Positions 25,101 to 37,539 of a stretch of DNA of 64,000 nucleotides are shown here, in pieces; the first letter of the stretch is position 1, and each line of letters opens with the position of its first letter. Location of the stretch: contig OZ024742.1 of NCBI GenBank assembly GCA_964016885.1, positions 239,010,001 through 239,074,000 of the forward strand, in the 5' to 3' direction. The position numbers and the translations under genes are program-made. This DNA is from Eledone cirrhosa. Lineage: Eukaryota. The notes below the pieces were generated by a model. That model was not told the origin of the DNA and ran no database searches. It was given only the letters and a program-made list of their open reading frames with translations.

Positions 25101-27708
25101 AGGTCCACACATACAGGTGCACACATACAGGTCCATACATACAGGTCCATACATACAGGTCCATACATACAGGTCCACACATACAGGTCCATACATACAG
25201 GTCCATACATACAGGTGCACACATACAGGTGCACACATACAGGTCCATACATACAGGTCCATACATACAGGTCCATACATACAGGTCCATACATACAGGT
25301 CCATACATACAGGTGCACACATACAGGTCCATACATACAGGTCCATACATACAGGTCCATACATACAGGTCCATACATACAGGTCCACACATACAGGTCC
25401 ATACATACAGGTCCATACATACAGGTCCATACATACAGGTCCACACATACAGGTCCACACATACAGTCCACACATACAGGTCCACACATACAGGTCCATA
25501 CATACAGGTCCATACATACAGGTCCACACATACAGGTCCATACATACAGGTCCATACATACAGGTCCATACATACAGGTCCATACATACAGGTCCATACA
25601 TACAGGTCCATACATACAGGTCCATACATACAGGTCCATACCTACAGGTCCACACATACAGGTCCACACATACAGGTCCATACATACAGGTCCATACATA
25701 CAGGTCCATACCTACAGGTCCACACATACAGGTCCACACATACAGGTCCATACATACAGGTCCATACATACAGGTCCATACATACAGGTCCACACATACA
25801 GGTCCATACATACAGATCCATACATACAGGTCCATACATACAGGTCCATACATACAGGTCCATACATACAGGTCCACACATACAGGTCCATACATACAGG
25901 TCCATACCTACAGGTCCACACATACAGGTCCACACATACAGGTCCATACATACAGGTCCACACATACAGGTCCATACATACAGGTCCACACATACAGGTC
26001 CATACATACAGGTCCATACCTACAGGTCCACACATACAGGTCCACACATACAGGTGCACACATACAGGTCCATACATACAGGTCCATACATACAGGTCCA
26101 CACATACAGGTGCACACATACAGGTCCATACATACAGGTCCATACATACAGGTGCACACATACAGGTGCACACATACAGGTCCACACATACAGGTCCACA
26201 CATACAGGACCACACATACAGGTCCACACATACAGGTCCATACATACAGGTCCATACATACAGGTCCATACATACAGGTCCATACATACAGGTCCATACC
26301 TACAGGTCCACACATACAGGTCCACACATACAGGTCCACACATACAGGTCCATACATACAGGTCCATACATACAGGTCCATACATACAGGTCCATACATA
26401 CAGGTCCACACATACAGGTCCATACATACATGTCCATACATACAGGTCCATACATACAGGTCCATACATACAGGTCCATACCTACAGGTCCACACATACA
26501 GGTCCACACATACAGGTCCACACATACAGGTCCATACCTACAGGTCCATACCTACAGGTCCATACATACAGGTCCATACATACAGGTCCATACCTACAGG
26601 TCCACACATACAGGTCCATACATACAGGTCCATACCTACAGGTCCATACATACAGGTCCATACATACAGGTCCATACATACAGGTCCATACATACAGGTC
26701 CATACATACAGGTCCATACATACAGGTCCACACATACAGGTCCATACATACATGTCCATACATACAGGTCCATACATACAGGTCCATACATACAGGTCCA
26801 TACCTACAGGTCCACACATACAGGTCCATACCTACAGGTCCATACCTACAGGTCCATACATACAGGTCCATACATACAGGTCCACACATACAGGTCCACA
26901 CATACAGGTCCATACATACAGGTCCACACATACAAGTCCATACATACAGGTCCATACCTACAGGTCCACACATACAGGTCCATACATACAGGTCCATACA
27001 TACAGGTCCATACCTACAGGTCCACACATACAGGTCCATACATACAGGTCCACACATACAGGTCCACACATACAGGTCCATACATACAGGTCCACACATA
27101 CAGGTCCATACATACAGGTCCATACATACAGGTCCACACATACAGGTCCATACATACAGATCCACACATACAGGTCCATACATACAGGTCCATACATACA
27201 GGTCCATACATACAGGTCCATACATACAGGTCCATACATACAGGTCCATACATACAGGTCCACACATACAGGTCCATACATACAGGTCCATACATACAGG
27301 TCCATACATACAGGTCCATACATACAGGTCCATACATACAGGTCCATACATACAGGTGCATACATACAGGTCCATACCTACAGGTCCACACATACAGGTC
27401 CATACATACAGGTCCATACCTACAGGTCCACACATACAGGTCCATACATACAGGTCCATACATACAGGTGCACACATACAGGTCCATACATACAGGTCCA
27501 CACATACAGGTCCATACATACAGGTCCATACCTACAGGTCCACACATACAGGTCCATACATACAGGTCCATACATACAGGTCCATACCTACAGGTCCACA
27601 CATACAGGTCCATACATACAGGTCCACACATACAGGTCCATACATACAGGTCCATACATACAGGTCCATACATACAGGTCCATACATACAGGTCCATACA
27701 TACATGTC
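22102..27708. repeat. 14-bp minisatellite (CATACAGGTCCAYA)n, about 400 units, in COX18 intron 4
   Basis: Continuous array with recurrent variants (CCATA/CCACA, CATAC/CCTAC, GTCC/GTGC); phase slips near 22955 and 25467. Confidence 0.99.
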
Positions 27709-27752
27709 TCTAATGAACTACTTGTCTCATTTAACTTTATGTAGACTTCTGC

Positions 27753-28318
27753 ACACCACACACTACCACTCTCTCACACACACTACCACTCTCTCACACA
27801 CTACCACTCTCTCACACACACTACCACTCTCAAACACACTACCACTCTCTCACACACACTACCACTCTCACACACACTACCACTCTCTCACACACACTAC
27901 CACTCTCACACACACTACCACTCTCTCACACACACTACCACTCTCACACACACTACCACTCTTTCACTCTCTCACACACACACTACCACTCTCTCACACA
28001 CTACCACTCTCTCACACACACTACCACTCTCACACACACTACCACTCTCTCACACACTACCACTCTCTCACACACACTACCACTCTCACACACACCACTC
28101 TCTCACACACTACCACTCTCTCACACACACTACCACTCTCTCACACATACTAACACTATCTCTCACTCTACCACTCTCACACACACTACCACTCTCTCAC
28201 ACACACTACCACTCTCACACACACTACCACTCTCTCACACACACTACCACTCTCACACACACTACCACTCTCTCACACACTACCACTCTCTCACACACAC
28301 TACCACTCTCTCACATTC
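27753..28318. repeat. (ACAC)n-TACCAC-(TC)n minisatellite, 16-20-bp units
   Basis: Directly visible; a short copy with the same right flank recurs at 28996-29170. Confidence 0.96.
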
Positions 28319-28435
28319 AAAACTGAATATTAACTGTATTAATCTTGCCCAAATATCCCTATCCTCAGGTAGCAAGGATTGAAAAGACTAAGATCATTAA
28401 CCTCTTATTTACACTAAGTGATTAAAAAAAAAATC

Positions 28436-28825
28436 AGGCATGGCTGTGTGGTTAAGTAGTTTGATTTGGAACCATGTGGTTTTGGGTTCAGTCCCACTGT
28501 ACAGCGCCTTTGGCAAATGTCTTCTACTATAGTTTCAGGTTAACCAATGCCTTGTGAGTGAAATTTTGTAACGATGGTAACTACAGAAACCCATCATGTA
28601 TGCATCATCATTTTATACCCAATTTTCCATGTTTGTGTAGGTTGTTTGTCCATGTCAGTATTTACATTTGTGACTGTGCCTTTGTTTATAACTCATAACT
28701 TATCAGTTCAACAAAAGGTGATCAATAAAATAAGTACCAGACATGAAGAAAGTAAGTACTAGGGCTGATATGATCGACTTTAAGGCAGTATCTCAGCATT
28801 CAGCATGGCCAGTCTAATGACTGAA
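28436..28825 (+). mobile_element. tRNA-derived SINE family B
   Basis: GGCATGGCTGTGTGGTTAAG A box, GGTTCAGTCCC B box; related heads near 13700, 31190 and 31970. Confidence 0.7.
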
Positions 28826-30134
28826 ATCATAAAGGAAAGGCTTTTTTTAATGTTGATTCTTTCACTTTATGAGTACATCCGCAAATATAAATAATTTTGA
28901 ATGTTAAATCCTATGAATTTTTTTTTTATTAAATTCCATATCTTGAGGTTATTCTCCTTTAATAAGGGTTCTATTGAAAATAATGTTAGCACAGTTACCA
29001 CTCTCACACACTACCACTGTCACACACTACCACTCTCTCATACTACCACTCTCACACACTAGCACTCTCTCACATTCAAACTGAATGTTAACTGTATTAA
29101 TCTTTCCCAAATATCCCTAACAAGGATTGAAAAGACTAAGATCATTCATCTCTTTATTACACAGAGTGAATACATTAAGAGTTTCAGTGTTCACTGATTA
29201 ACTATACCTTTTGACTTCATTCTTACAATAAGGTAACTGTGGTGAATGTTACTTTTCTTTTTGTTTGTAAATTACTTTACTTATATAAAAAAAAACACAT
29301 CATCATCATCAACACCACCACCGTTTAATGTCTACTTTCCATGTTTCCATGGGTTTGACAGGTCAGGTGACCACAGGTCAGGTGACCACATCTTGCTCAT
29401 ACAATCCATTTTTTGGCTTGGTTTTCTATGGCTGGATGCCCTTCCTAATACCAACCACATTTCAGTATGGACTGGGAGCTTTTTTCATAGTATCAGCACT
29501 ACCATCCTACAGGGTGGACTGAGTGCTTTTTGTCATAGCACTAGTATGACCACTGAACAGAATGAACTAGCTGCTTTTGTTGTGGCACCAGTACAACCAC
29601 CTTACAGATGAGGTGCTTTTGTTGTAGCACAAGCATGACCACCTTATAGGGTGAACTGGGTGCTTTTGTCATGGCACCTGCATGACCACCATACAGGGTA
29701 GATTGGGTACTATTATCATGGCACCTTCATTCTTACAATAAGGTAATCAAGGTAGATGTTACTTTTCTTCTGCTTTACATTTTGGCAGTCTTTTGTTTGT
29801 AAACAGCTTTATTAATATAAAAAAAATAAAATCCTCAAGAAAAAAAACACACTATCCAGTATCTCAATGTAAATGTTGAAATCAAACTATCATAACTTAT
29901 TTAAACATTCCGGTAAAAAGAACAATAAAACAGGAAATAGTTCTGATATAAATAAAAACCAATTAGATAGAGAAAGTAGTTAGGGCAGACAAATGAAATA
30001 GATATGTAGAATAGTTGTTGATATCTTTATGTTTGCAGTCTGTTAGCCTCATTCTTCCTCACATTCATATTGATATCTTATTGGGAAATTAATCAGATCA
30101 TGACAAGCTTTTATGTAAAAGCTTAACAACTTAC

Positions 30135-30259
30135 TTCAATAATAGAGAGGTTAATAAGTCCAAATGCTACAGGAAGAATCCAGGTGCTATCAGGTAGCAT
30201 CAGGTTGGGAAACCAGAGGAAGCCTTCATTCCCTAATGCAGGTTGGTAAAGAGCATTTT
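30135..30259 (-). CDS. COX18: COX18 exon 4
   Basis: ttccag acceptor, GAA|GTAAGT donor, 125 nt, phase-compatible with exon 3; GFLWFPNLMLPDSTWILPVAFGLINLSIIE matches the Oxa1-family GxLWFxDLxxxD motif. Confidence 0.95.
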
Positions 30260-32490
30260 CTGGAATATATGAAAAAGAAAAGATTTATATGTATGCATAA
30301 ATATGTTGTAGTTTCTCTTTCAAATAATGATTAAATGCTATTGCTGTCATTGTTATGAAGAAAAGAACAACCTACATTGGCTAATCATTTACATCACCAC
30401 ATACCAATTGAATTTAACTGGTCCCACAACAATCATTATCATAACATAAAAAAAAAATAGAATTGAACACAGCTGGGCTATTTATTACACTGCACCCAAC
30501 AGAATTAAATATTTTACGATACAATGCGCAACATAGTTCATTGACTGTGTAAAGAATGATACTCAGTATGCTGTGGAGCTAAGTTACTCTCAAATATTTA
30601 ATTGACTACTAATTTGTCATATATATAAATATATATATATACATGTAGGTAGGGCTAATGTCAAGAATATTAACAAATATCATATCACACCTAGTTCTTA
30701 TTACTTCTTATTTAATTAAGTCATCAAAACTAATTTCATTGTATTACACATACCACTGGTTCTTGCATAGTTTCTTAAAATATTTTTGGAATAATCAATA
30801 TTGTTAAATATCACTCATTTAGACTATTAGACAACTATTAAAAATGTAATAAAGTGTCTGAATAAAAGAAGCTATGCCTATTTGTTGTGGCTTGTAAAGA
30901 TTCCCAGTAAGTGAAGAATACAACAAGTGGAATAACAAGTAAAAGGGGAGATGCATTATTAGTAATTTTTAATAATAATTTTCAATAGTGACAGATAAAT
31001 GACAGATCCCAGATAATGCATGAGTTAATGTTGTGATAGCTCACACTTATGTAGGTTAAGCTGGCCTCTTACAAAGTTGAATCTCAGGATGGTTTTAATC
31101 ATAGAGACCCACAATCCTATCATGAAAAGACTAACCCCTAGACAGAACACATCGGTTGGGGTGGGAGAGGAAGCTAATGTGAAAGCACATTGCCTTGTGG
31201 TTAAGATGTTAGACTCATGATCATATGGTTATGGGTTCGATTGCTGGACAGGGTGGCACATAGTGTTCTTGAGATACTTCATTTCATGTTTTTCATGAGT
31301 AAATGAGATCAGAACATGAAGTGTCAGAGACTATAGTGGAAAAGGAACAATTAGATTATATTAGAAATAGAGCAATGTGCAAGAAAGCTAATTAAAATAA
31401 TAGAAGGGAATCCTGCTGTAGAAACCTTGGAAAAAAAGGGTCAAGAGGATGCTACACCTGTGTCAAAGGCTTGACAATCTCTCTAGTGTTGGTGATCTAC
31501 ATGGTAAATGCCCCCAGTACACTCTGTAAAATGCTTGGTGTAGCATTTTACAGCATCCAGCTGTAGAAACTTTGCCAAACAACAGCTCAGAAAGACTTTT
31601 TATTTGTGTCAAAGTCATGACAACCTCCCTGGTGTTGGTGATAAATACAATAAATGCACCAGATACACTCTGTGAAATGGTTGGTGACAAGAAGGGCATT
31701 CAAATGTAGAAAACCTGCCAAATAAAGGGTTGGGAGGTCACTTCAGTTGTGTCAGACATGACAAATTCCTTTATGCTGGTGCTACGAAAAAGTGCACTTG
31801 GTTGAGTGTGGGAAAGTATGAAACTGAGATACAGGCACCCAGCTCATCTGAGAGGTCACTGGCTTTGCTTGAGTACAGAGTCGGTCTGAGAAGACTAGTC
31901 CAACCCTTGCTAGCAGGTAAAATGGACATTAAATGATGATGATGCTACTGTGAGACGTGTGTAAAACCTTGGCTGTGTCGTTAAGAAGTTCTTTTTGCAA
32001 TCATTTAGGCCCAGATTCACTCACTCTATTGTGCAGCACCTTCTTTGAACAATGCCTTACAATTGAAGTTTGGTAAAAGGAAACTGTGTATAAGCCTAAA
32101 GTGTATATAAATATATAAATATAAATATATATATATATCGGTGTTTACAAAGCTAGACAGCCTTTTGAACTTCTCTATGGATTTTTAAAGATTTCCAACT
32201 TATCCCAGCCATCCATAGATTATTTCGTCTCTACAGGTATTTCTCTTCCCCAGTTTCAAAATGTTCTGCATACATTATTATCATTTGCTTGTTTCCACAA
32301 CGTATATATTTTTGGCCTTGTTTTCGAAATAAACCATGCTGGACATTGTCTCTTTCTCTACGAACTCATCCCAAACCCCCGCCATTCTCTCCCTTTCTCT
32401 CACTCATTCATTTTGGTGTTTACGAAGCTAGACAGCCTTTTGAACTTCTCTATGGATTTTTAAAGATTTCCAACTAATCCCAGTATACAT

Positions 32491-32680
32491 TTGGCAGTAT
32501 CGGTAGAGGGTTGGACGCCATGCTTTCTAGCATAGTTACGTCCCTTTACAGTCTGAGTTCAAATCCCCCCAAGGTTAACTTTGCCTTTCATCCTTACGGG
32601 GTCGATAAAATAAAGTACCAGTAATGTACTGGGTAATTGCTGGCCTTGTGCCAAAAGTATAAACAATTATTATTATTATT
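32491..32680 (+). mobile_element. SINE family A
   Basis: Same A/B boxes and body, (ATT)n tail. Confidence 0.88.
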
Positions 32681-33149
32681 ATCATTTGCTTGTTTCCACA
32701 ACGTATATATTTTTGGCTTTGTTTTCAAAATAAACCACGTTGGACATTCTCTCTTTCTCTACGAACTCATCCCAAACCCAACTCATCTATCATTTAGTCG
32801 ATGACCATGTTCGAAATTCTTGCACATTCGCCTTGTCAAATATGCCTACTTGTATCTGCTTATTTCCCCTGAATCTTCTGTGATGATATACGCCATGATG
32901 GCTACCTATCTCACAATTTCCCACCCGCCCACCACCACTCACCACCATAGGCTATTCGACCAATCAAACCTCACCCATTACCAGCCCCAAAAAATTCTGC
33001 CATTACTACTACTGTCCTTCTAGCCCAGCACCAAAGAATTCTTGTTTACCATTATCTATGGATGAGCTGAGGATAATGAAACAACCCCGAATAAATAAAT
33101 AAATATGAATCTGCGAGTTACCAAGCACCCATGAGAAGCTTTAATTCAG

Positions 33150-36100
33150 AGACAGAAACCATACACACTCCCCCGCAAAAATTCACCCTTCAACGTAAGC
33201 ACAATGAAAGAAAGAGCAGGAGAAATCGTAGAGATGTTAGAGTGAAAGGAAATTGGAGTATGCTGCGTGCAAGAGACTAGAGTGTTTGTAGGCAAAAATC
33301 AGTGCTATGAATTTTTCTGGGTGGGAAATGACAACAGGATGGGTGGTGTAGGTATACTATTAGCTGACAAATGGGTAGATAAAGTAATCTCAGTGAACAG
33401 GGCGGACGCAAGAATCATTAAACAATTGCTACAATCATATCAGCTTACGCACCCCAATCTGGATTGCCAAAAGTTTTACGAGTCCTTAATGCACACTACT
33501 GCTCTAACAAACAACAATGACTTCCTAATCATTGCAGGAGACTTTAACGGACACGTTGAGAAACACGGTTGCGGCTTCTATAGAGTCCACGGAGGCTACA
33601 GGTTTGGCACAAGAAATGAAGAAGGCTTCAGGCTTCTAGAATTCTGCAACGCCAATGACATGTCGATATGTAACACAAACTTCAAAAAACATGACAACCA
33701 TCTGATCACCTATAGATCAGGGGAGCATTCTAGTCAGATAGATTTTATCCTTATCAGAGGACGAGGTAGATGGACGGTTGTAAACACAAAAGCCTTCCCT
33801 GGTGAGGAATGTACCTCCTAACATAACTTAGTTGCTAGCGACCTCATTGTCAGAACTAGAGTTACTTGGAAACAGAAGGCAACCTGGAGAAGAAAGATCT
33901 GGAAGCTGAAAGAGCCCTCAGCCAGTAACATCATCATCATCATCATTATCATCGTTTAACGTCCGTGTTCCACGCTTGCATGGGTTTGGACGGGAGTTTT
34001 CCCACTTGAGGCAAGAGTGGTTGTCTTGCTCGCATAGGACTGTCTGGCGGGTTTTCTACAGTTGGATGCCCTTCCTAACACCAACCACATTTACAGTGTG
34101 GGGCTGGGAGGTTTTTACCGTGTTGCCTATACGGCCACATTACAGCGTGGACTGTCTGGCGGGTTTTCTACAGCTGGATGCCCTTCCTAACACCAACCAC
34201 ATTTAAAGATATCTAACTCGATGCCTATGACAGTAAAGAAGAATAGATAGAGACATTCAATATAGAAGAGCACTGGGAGTTCCTAAAAAATAATTTACTA
34301 AAGGCGATGGACAAGATTTGTGGTTGGAGCAAGACCACAGGGAGGAGGAGAGTGATTTGGTGGCGGAACAATAAGGTAGATGAGACAATTAAAGCCAAGA
34401 GACAGGCATGGAGAGAATGGAAGAACGGGGGAAGCAAGGTACATTACATAGAGACCAGGAGGGAAGCTAGACAACAAGTATATTTTGCTAGAAGGGAAGC
34501 GGAGGATAGAAAATTCAAGCATGTTTTGCAGCGCGAGGACCAGAAATAGGAGGTGTTCAGGATTGCGAGGCAGTGTGTTAGAGAAAATTGTAATGTCATT
34601 GGAGAGAAGTGTATCCGGAATGATAAAGGTGAGCTTGCCCTCACAAGTGCTGAGAGGAAAGATGTGTGGAAGAGCCATTATGAAAGATTACTAAATGAGA
34701 AGAAGGCATGCAGAGAAAGAGACTACCCGAAGTGGACCCTATAGAGGGGCAGCAATACAAGTCAGCAGCAGCGTAGTAAGTAAGGCAATTAAAGATATGA
34801 AGACTGGGGCAACCGGTCCATCGGGTATAGCTGCCGAGATGCTGAAAGCATCTGGATCGGTAGGTCATGCCATAACCACATGTATTGTTAACCAGGTAAT
34901 ACTAGAGGGTGTCATACCAAAGGATTGGTGCAGCAGCATCATTGTCAACTGCTACAAGGGTATACACTAGATAGAGGAAACTATAGAGGTATAAAGCTGA
35001 TGGACCAGGTCATGAAAGTAACGGAAATAGTTATAGCACAGTTGATTAGGGACCGGGTAAAATTAGATGAGATGTAGTTTGGGTTTGTGCCAGGAAAAGG
35101 CACCACTGATACTCTCTTCCTTGTGAGGCAGTTACAGGAAAAGTACCTAGCTAAAAGTAAGCCGTTCTACCTGGCATTTGTTGACCTGGAAAAAGCCTTC
35201 AACAGATTGCTCCGTGCTATAATCTGGTGGGCTCTTAGAAAACTAGGAGTAGATGAATGGCTTGTGAAAGCTGTACAAGTCATGTATAGGGGAGCAGTCA
35301 GCAAAGTTAGGGTTAAAAATGACTATAGCGAGGAATTTAGCATACAGGTTGGTGTCTACCAGGGCTCTGTTCTTAGCCCTCTCCTGTTTATTATAGTATT
35401 GCAGGCTATAACAGAGGAGTTTTAGACCGGATGCTCATGGGAACTTCTGTATGCAGATGATCTTACACTTATAGCTGAATCTATGGTGGAATTAAAGAAG
35501 AAATTCCAAACATGGAAGCAGGGACTAGAAAGAAAGGGTCACAAAGTCAACCTGACAAAGACTAAGATCCTTGTAAGTTGACATGAAAACAGAACGCGGA
35601 TCCCCTCAGGGAAATGGCCTTGCTCAGTATGTAGGAAAGATGTAGGTAGCAATTCCATCCTCTGCCCCAAATGCAAACTATGGGTACAAAAGAGATGTAG
35701 TGGGATCTCAGGAAGCTTAGTTAAGAATGTAGGCTTTACATGTAGCAGCTGCACCGGGACAGTAAGCAGCAAACAGCCACAGGAAACAAGCACTACCAAA
35801 CTCTGGGAGGGCTCTGTAGAAACAGTAGACAGCTTCTGCTACCTAGGTGACCATATTAGCAGCAGAGGTAGGTGTTCTGAAAGTACAGTAACCAGAGTAA
35901 GAACGGGATAGAAGAAGTTCAGGGAGCTACTACCACTGCTAGCTGCAAAAGGCTTTTCCCTCAAAATGAAAGGCAGACTGTATGATGCATGCATACGAAC
36001 AGCAATGTTACATGGTAGTGAGACCTGGGCGCAGTGTGTAGAAGACTTGCGTAGATTAGAAAGAAACGAAGTTTGCATGCTCCAATGGTTGTGTAATAGT

Positions 36101-36722
36101 AATGTACGCAAACGGCAAAGCATAAACGAATTGAGAGAAAGGGACTGAGCATAAGAGGAATCAAATGCTGTGTAGGAGAGGACGTTGCGTTGGTATGGAC
36201 ATGTGATGCGTATGAAGGATGACAGCTGCATAAAAAGGTGCAGAGCACTAAAAGTCGATGGAAGCCTTGGAGTGGGGAGACCCAAGACCTGGGATGAGGT
36301 GATAAAAGCTGACCTTGCCCAATTGCACCTCTCAAAGGCGATGACACAAGACTGTGACCTCTGGCGTCATGCAGTAATACAGAAGACCCGACTTTCCACA
36401 GGTATAAGCCGAAGCTGAAGTATATAGACAATATGACCCCACCCCCTCCCACTGCAAAGTGGTCATGGAGATGTCATGATAAAAAAGCACCCAGTCCACA
36501 CTGTAAAGTGGTCACGTAGGTGCCACAGTAAAAAAGTACCCAGTACTCACTGTAAATGAGATTGGTGTTAGGAAGGGCAGCCAGCTGTAGAAATCAAGTC
36601 AAAATCAGTTCCCGTATGAGCAAGACAAGGTCACCTGACCTGGCATTACCCACAAGAGGACAACCCATCTAACCCATGCTAGCATGGAAGAATGGACGTA
36701 AAAAGGTGATGATGATGATGAT
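33150..36722 (+). mobile_element. Near full-length degenerate RTE-clade LINE (APE endonuclease, RT, Cys-rich insert, (GAT)n tail)
   Basis: VQET, GVGILL, AGDFNGHV, SQIDFIL; FGFVPGKGTTD, FVDLEKAF, GVYQGSVLSPLLF, LLYADDL; many stops; interrupted at 33928-34203 by a short (CAT)n-headed repeat. Confidence 0.93.
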
Positions 36723-37152
36723 ATATATACATATATGTATGACATTAAACTGCATCCAGTGGCAAGGGTCCAGTTCGGGAGTTCAGGAGCTGTGAGGAAT
36801 GTGGAATTACCTCTTAGTTGTGTATGAATGTATGGATATATTATATGTGTATATGTATGTCTGTGTATATGCATATATATATGTATATGTCTGTGTGTGT
36901 GTGTATGTATGTACATGTGTGTGTCTGTGTGGGTGTGTACATATACACATGTATATGTATATTTTTCTATTACTAATCTGTATGAACAAATTCATTTATT
37001 CACATTTGCATTCACTTGCTGCCCGGTGTTGCCATTAATGATACAAGGAACTATTACTGAGTCATCCTAGCATGACATACTCCCGCCTATATGGTCACCC
37101 TCCCATTCAGCTTCCTGTTTACACTAAAGCCAGTCTTTGAACGTCTAACTCA

Positions 37153-37252
37153 CATACCAATACGTGCCTACACGCACAAGTAGATACACACGCATGCGAG
37201 TGTGTAAGAATTCGTGTGTATCTACTTGTGCGTGTAGGCACATATTGGTATG
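37153..37252. repeat. 40-bp inverted repeat, 20-nt loop
   Basis: 37153-37192 versus 37213-37252, one mismatch. Confidence 0.9.
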
Positions 37253-37539
37253 CACTAATATATACACACAGAGTTTGAGACATCATGCAGATAAGTGTTA
37301 AAACGATTATATATTGTAGGGTTTTGAAAATATAGTATGTAGATGCATATAGTTACCATTTCCTACCCCACCTCCACCACCTTCCGGTATGCCCGCCTGA
37401 CGCCATATACCATCCACTTCCTCATGCATATAGTGGAGTGGAGAAGCCCCCTAAGTCCAGTAAAACAAATTCACTAGTGCTGGTGGCATCAATAAAGCAC
37501 CCTGTCCATGCTGTAAAATGGAGGTGATAGAAGTGACAT

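Noticed and set aside
22102-27708. CRISPR-like array
   Set aside because: No unique spacers, no cas genes, eukaryotic intron context.
22037-28153. 1400-2038-aa ORFs (HTGPYIQVHTYRSI)n and the antisense (MDLYVWTCMYGPVC)n ORFs
   Set aside because: A stop-free 14-bp unit opens all three frames automatically; phase slips are tolerated, the starts lie in a retroelement tail and the array is intronic. No evidence of coding.
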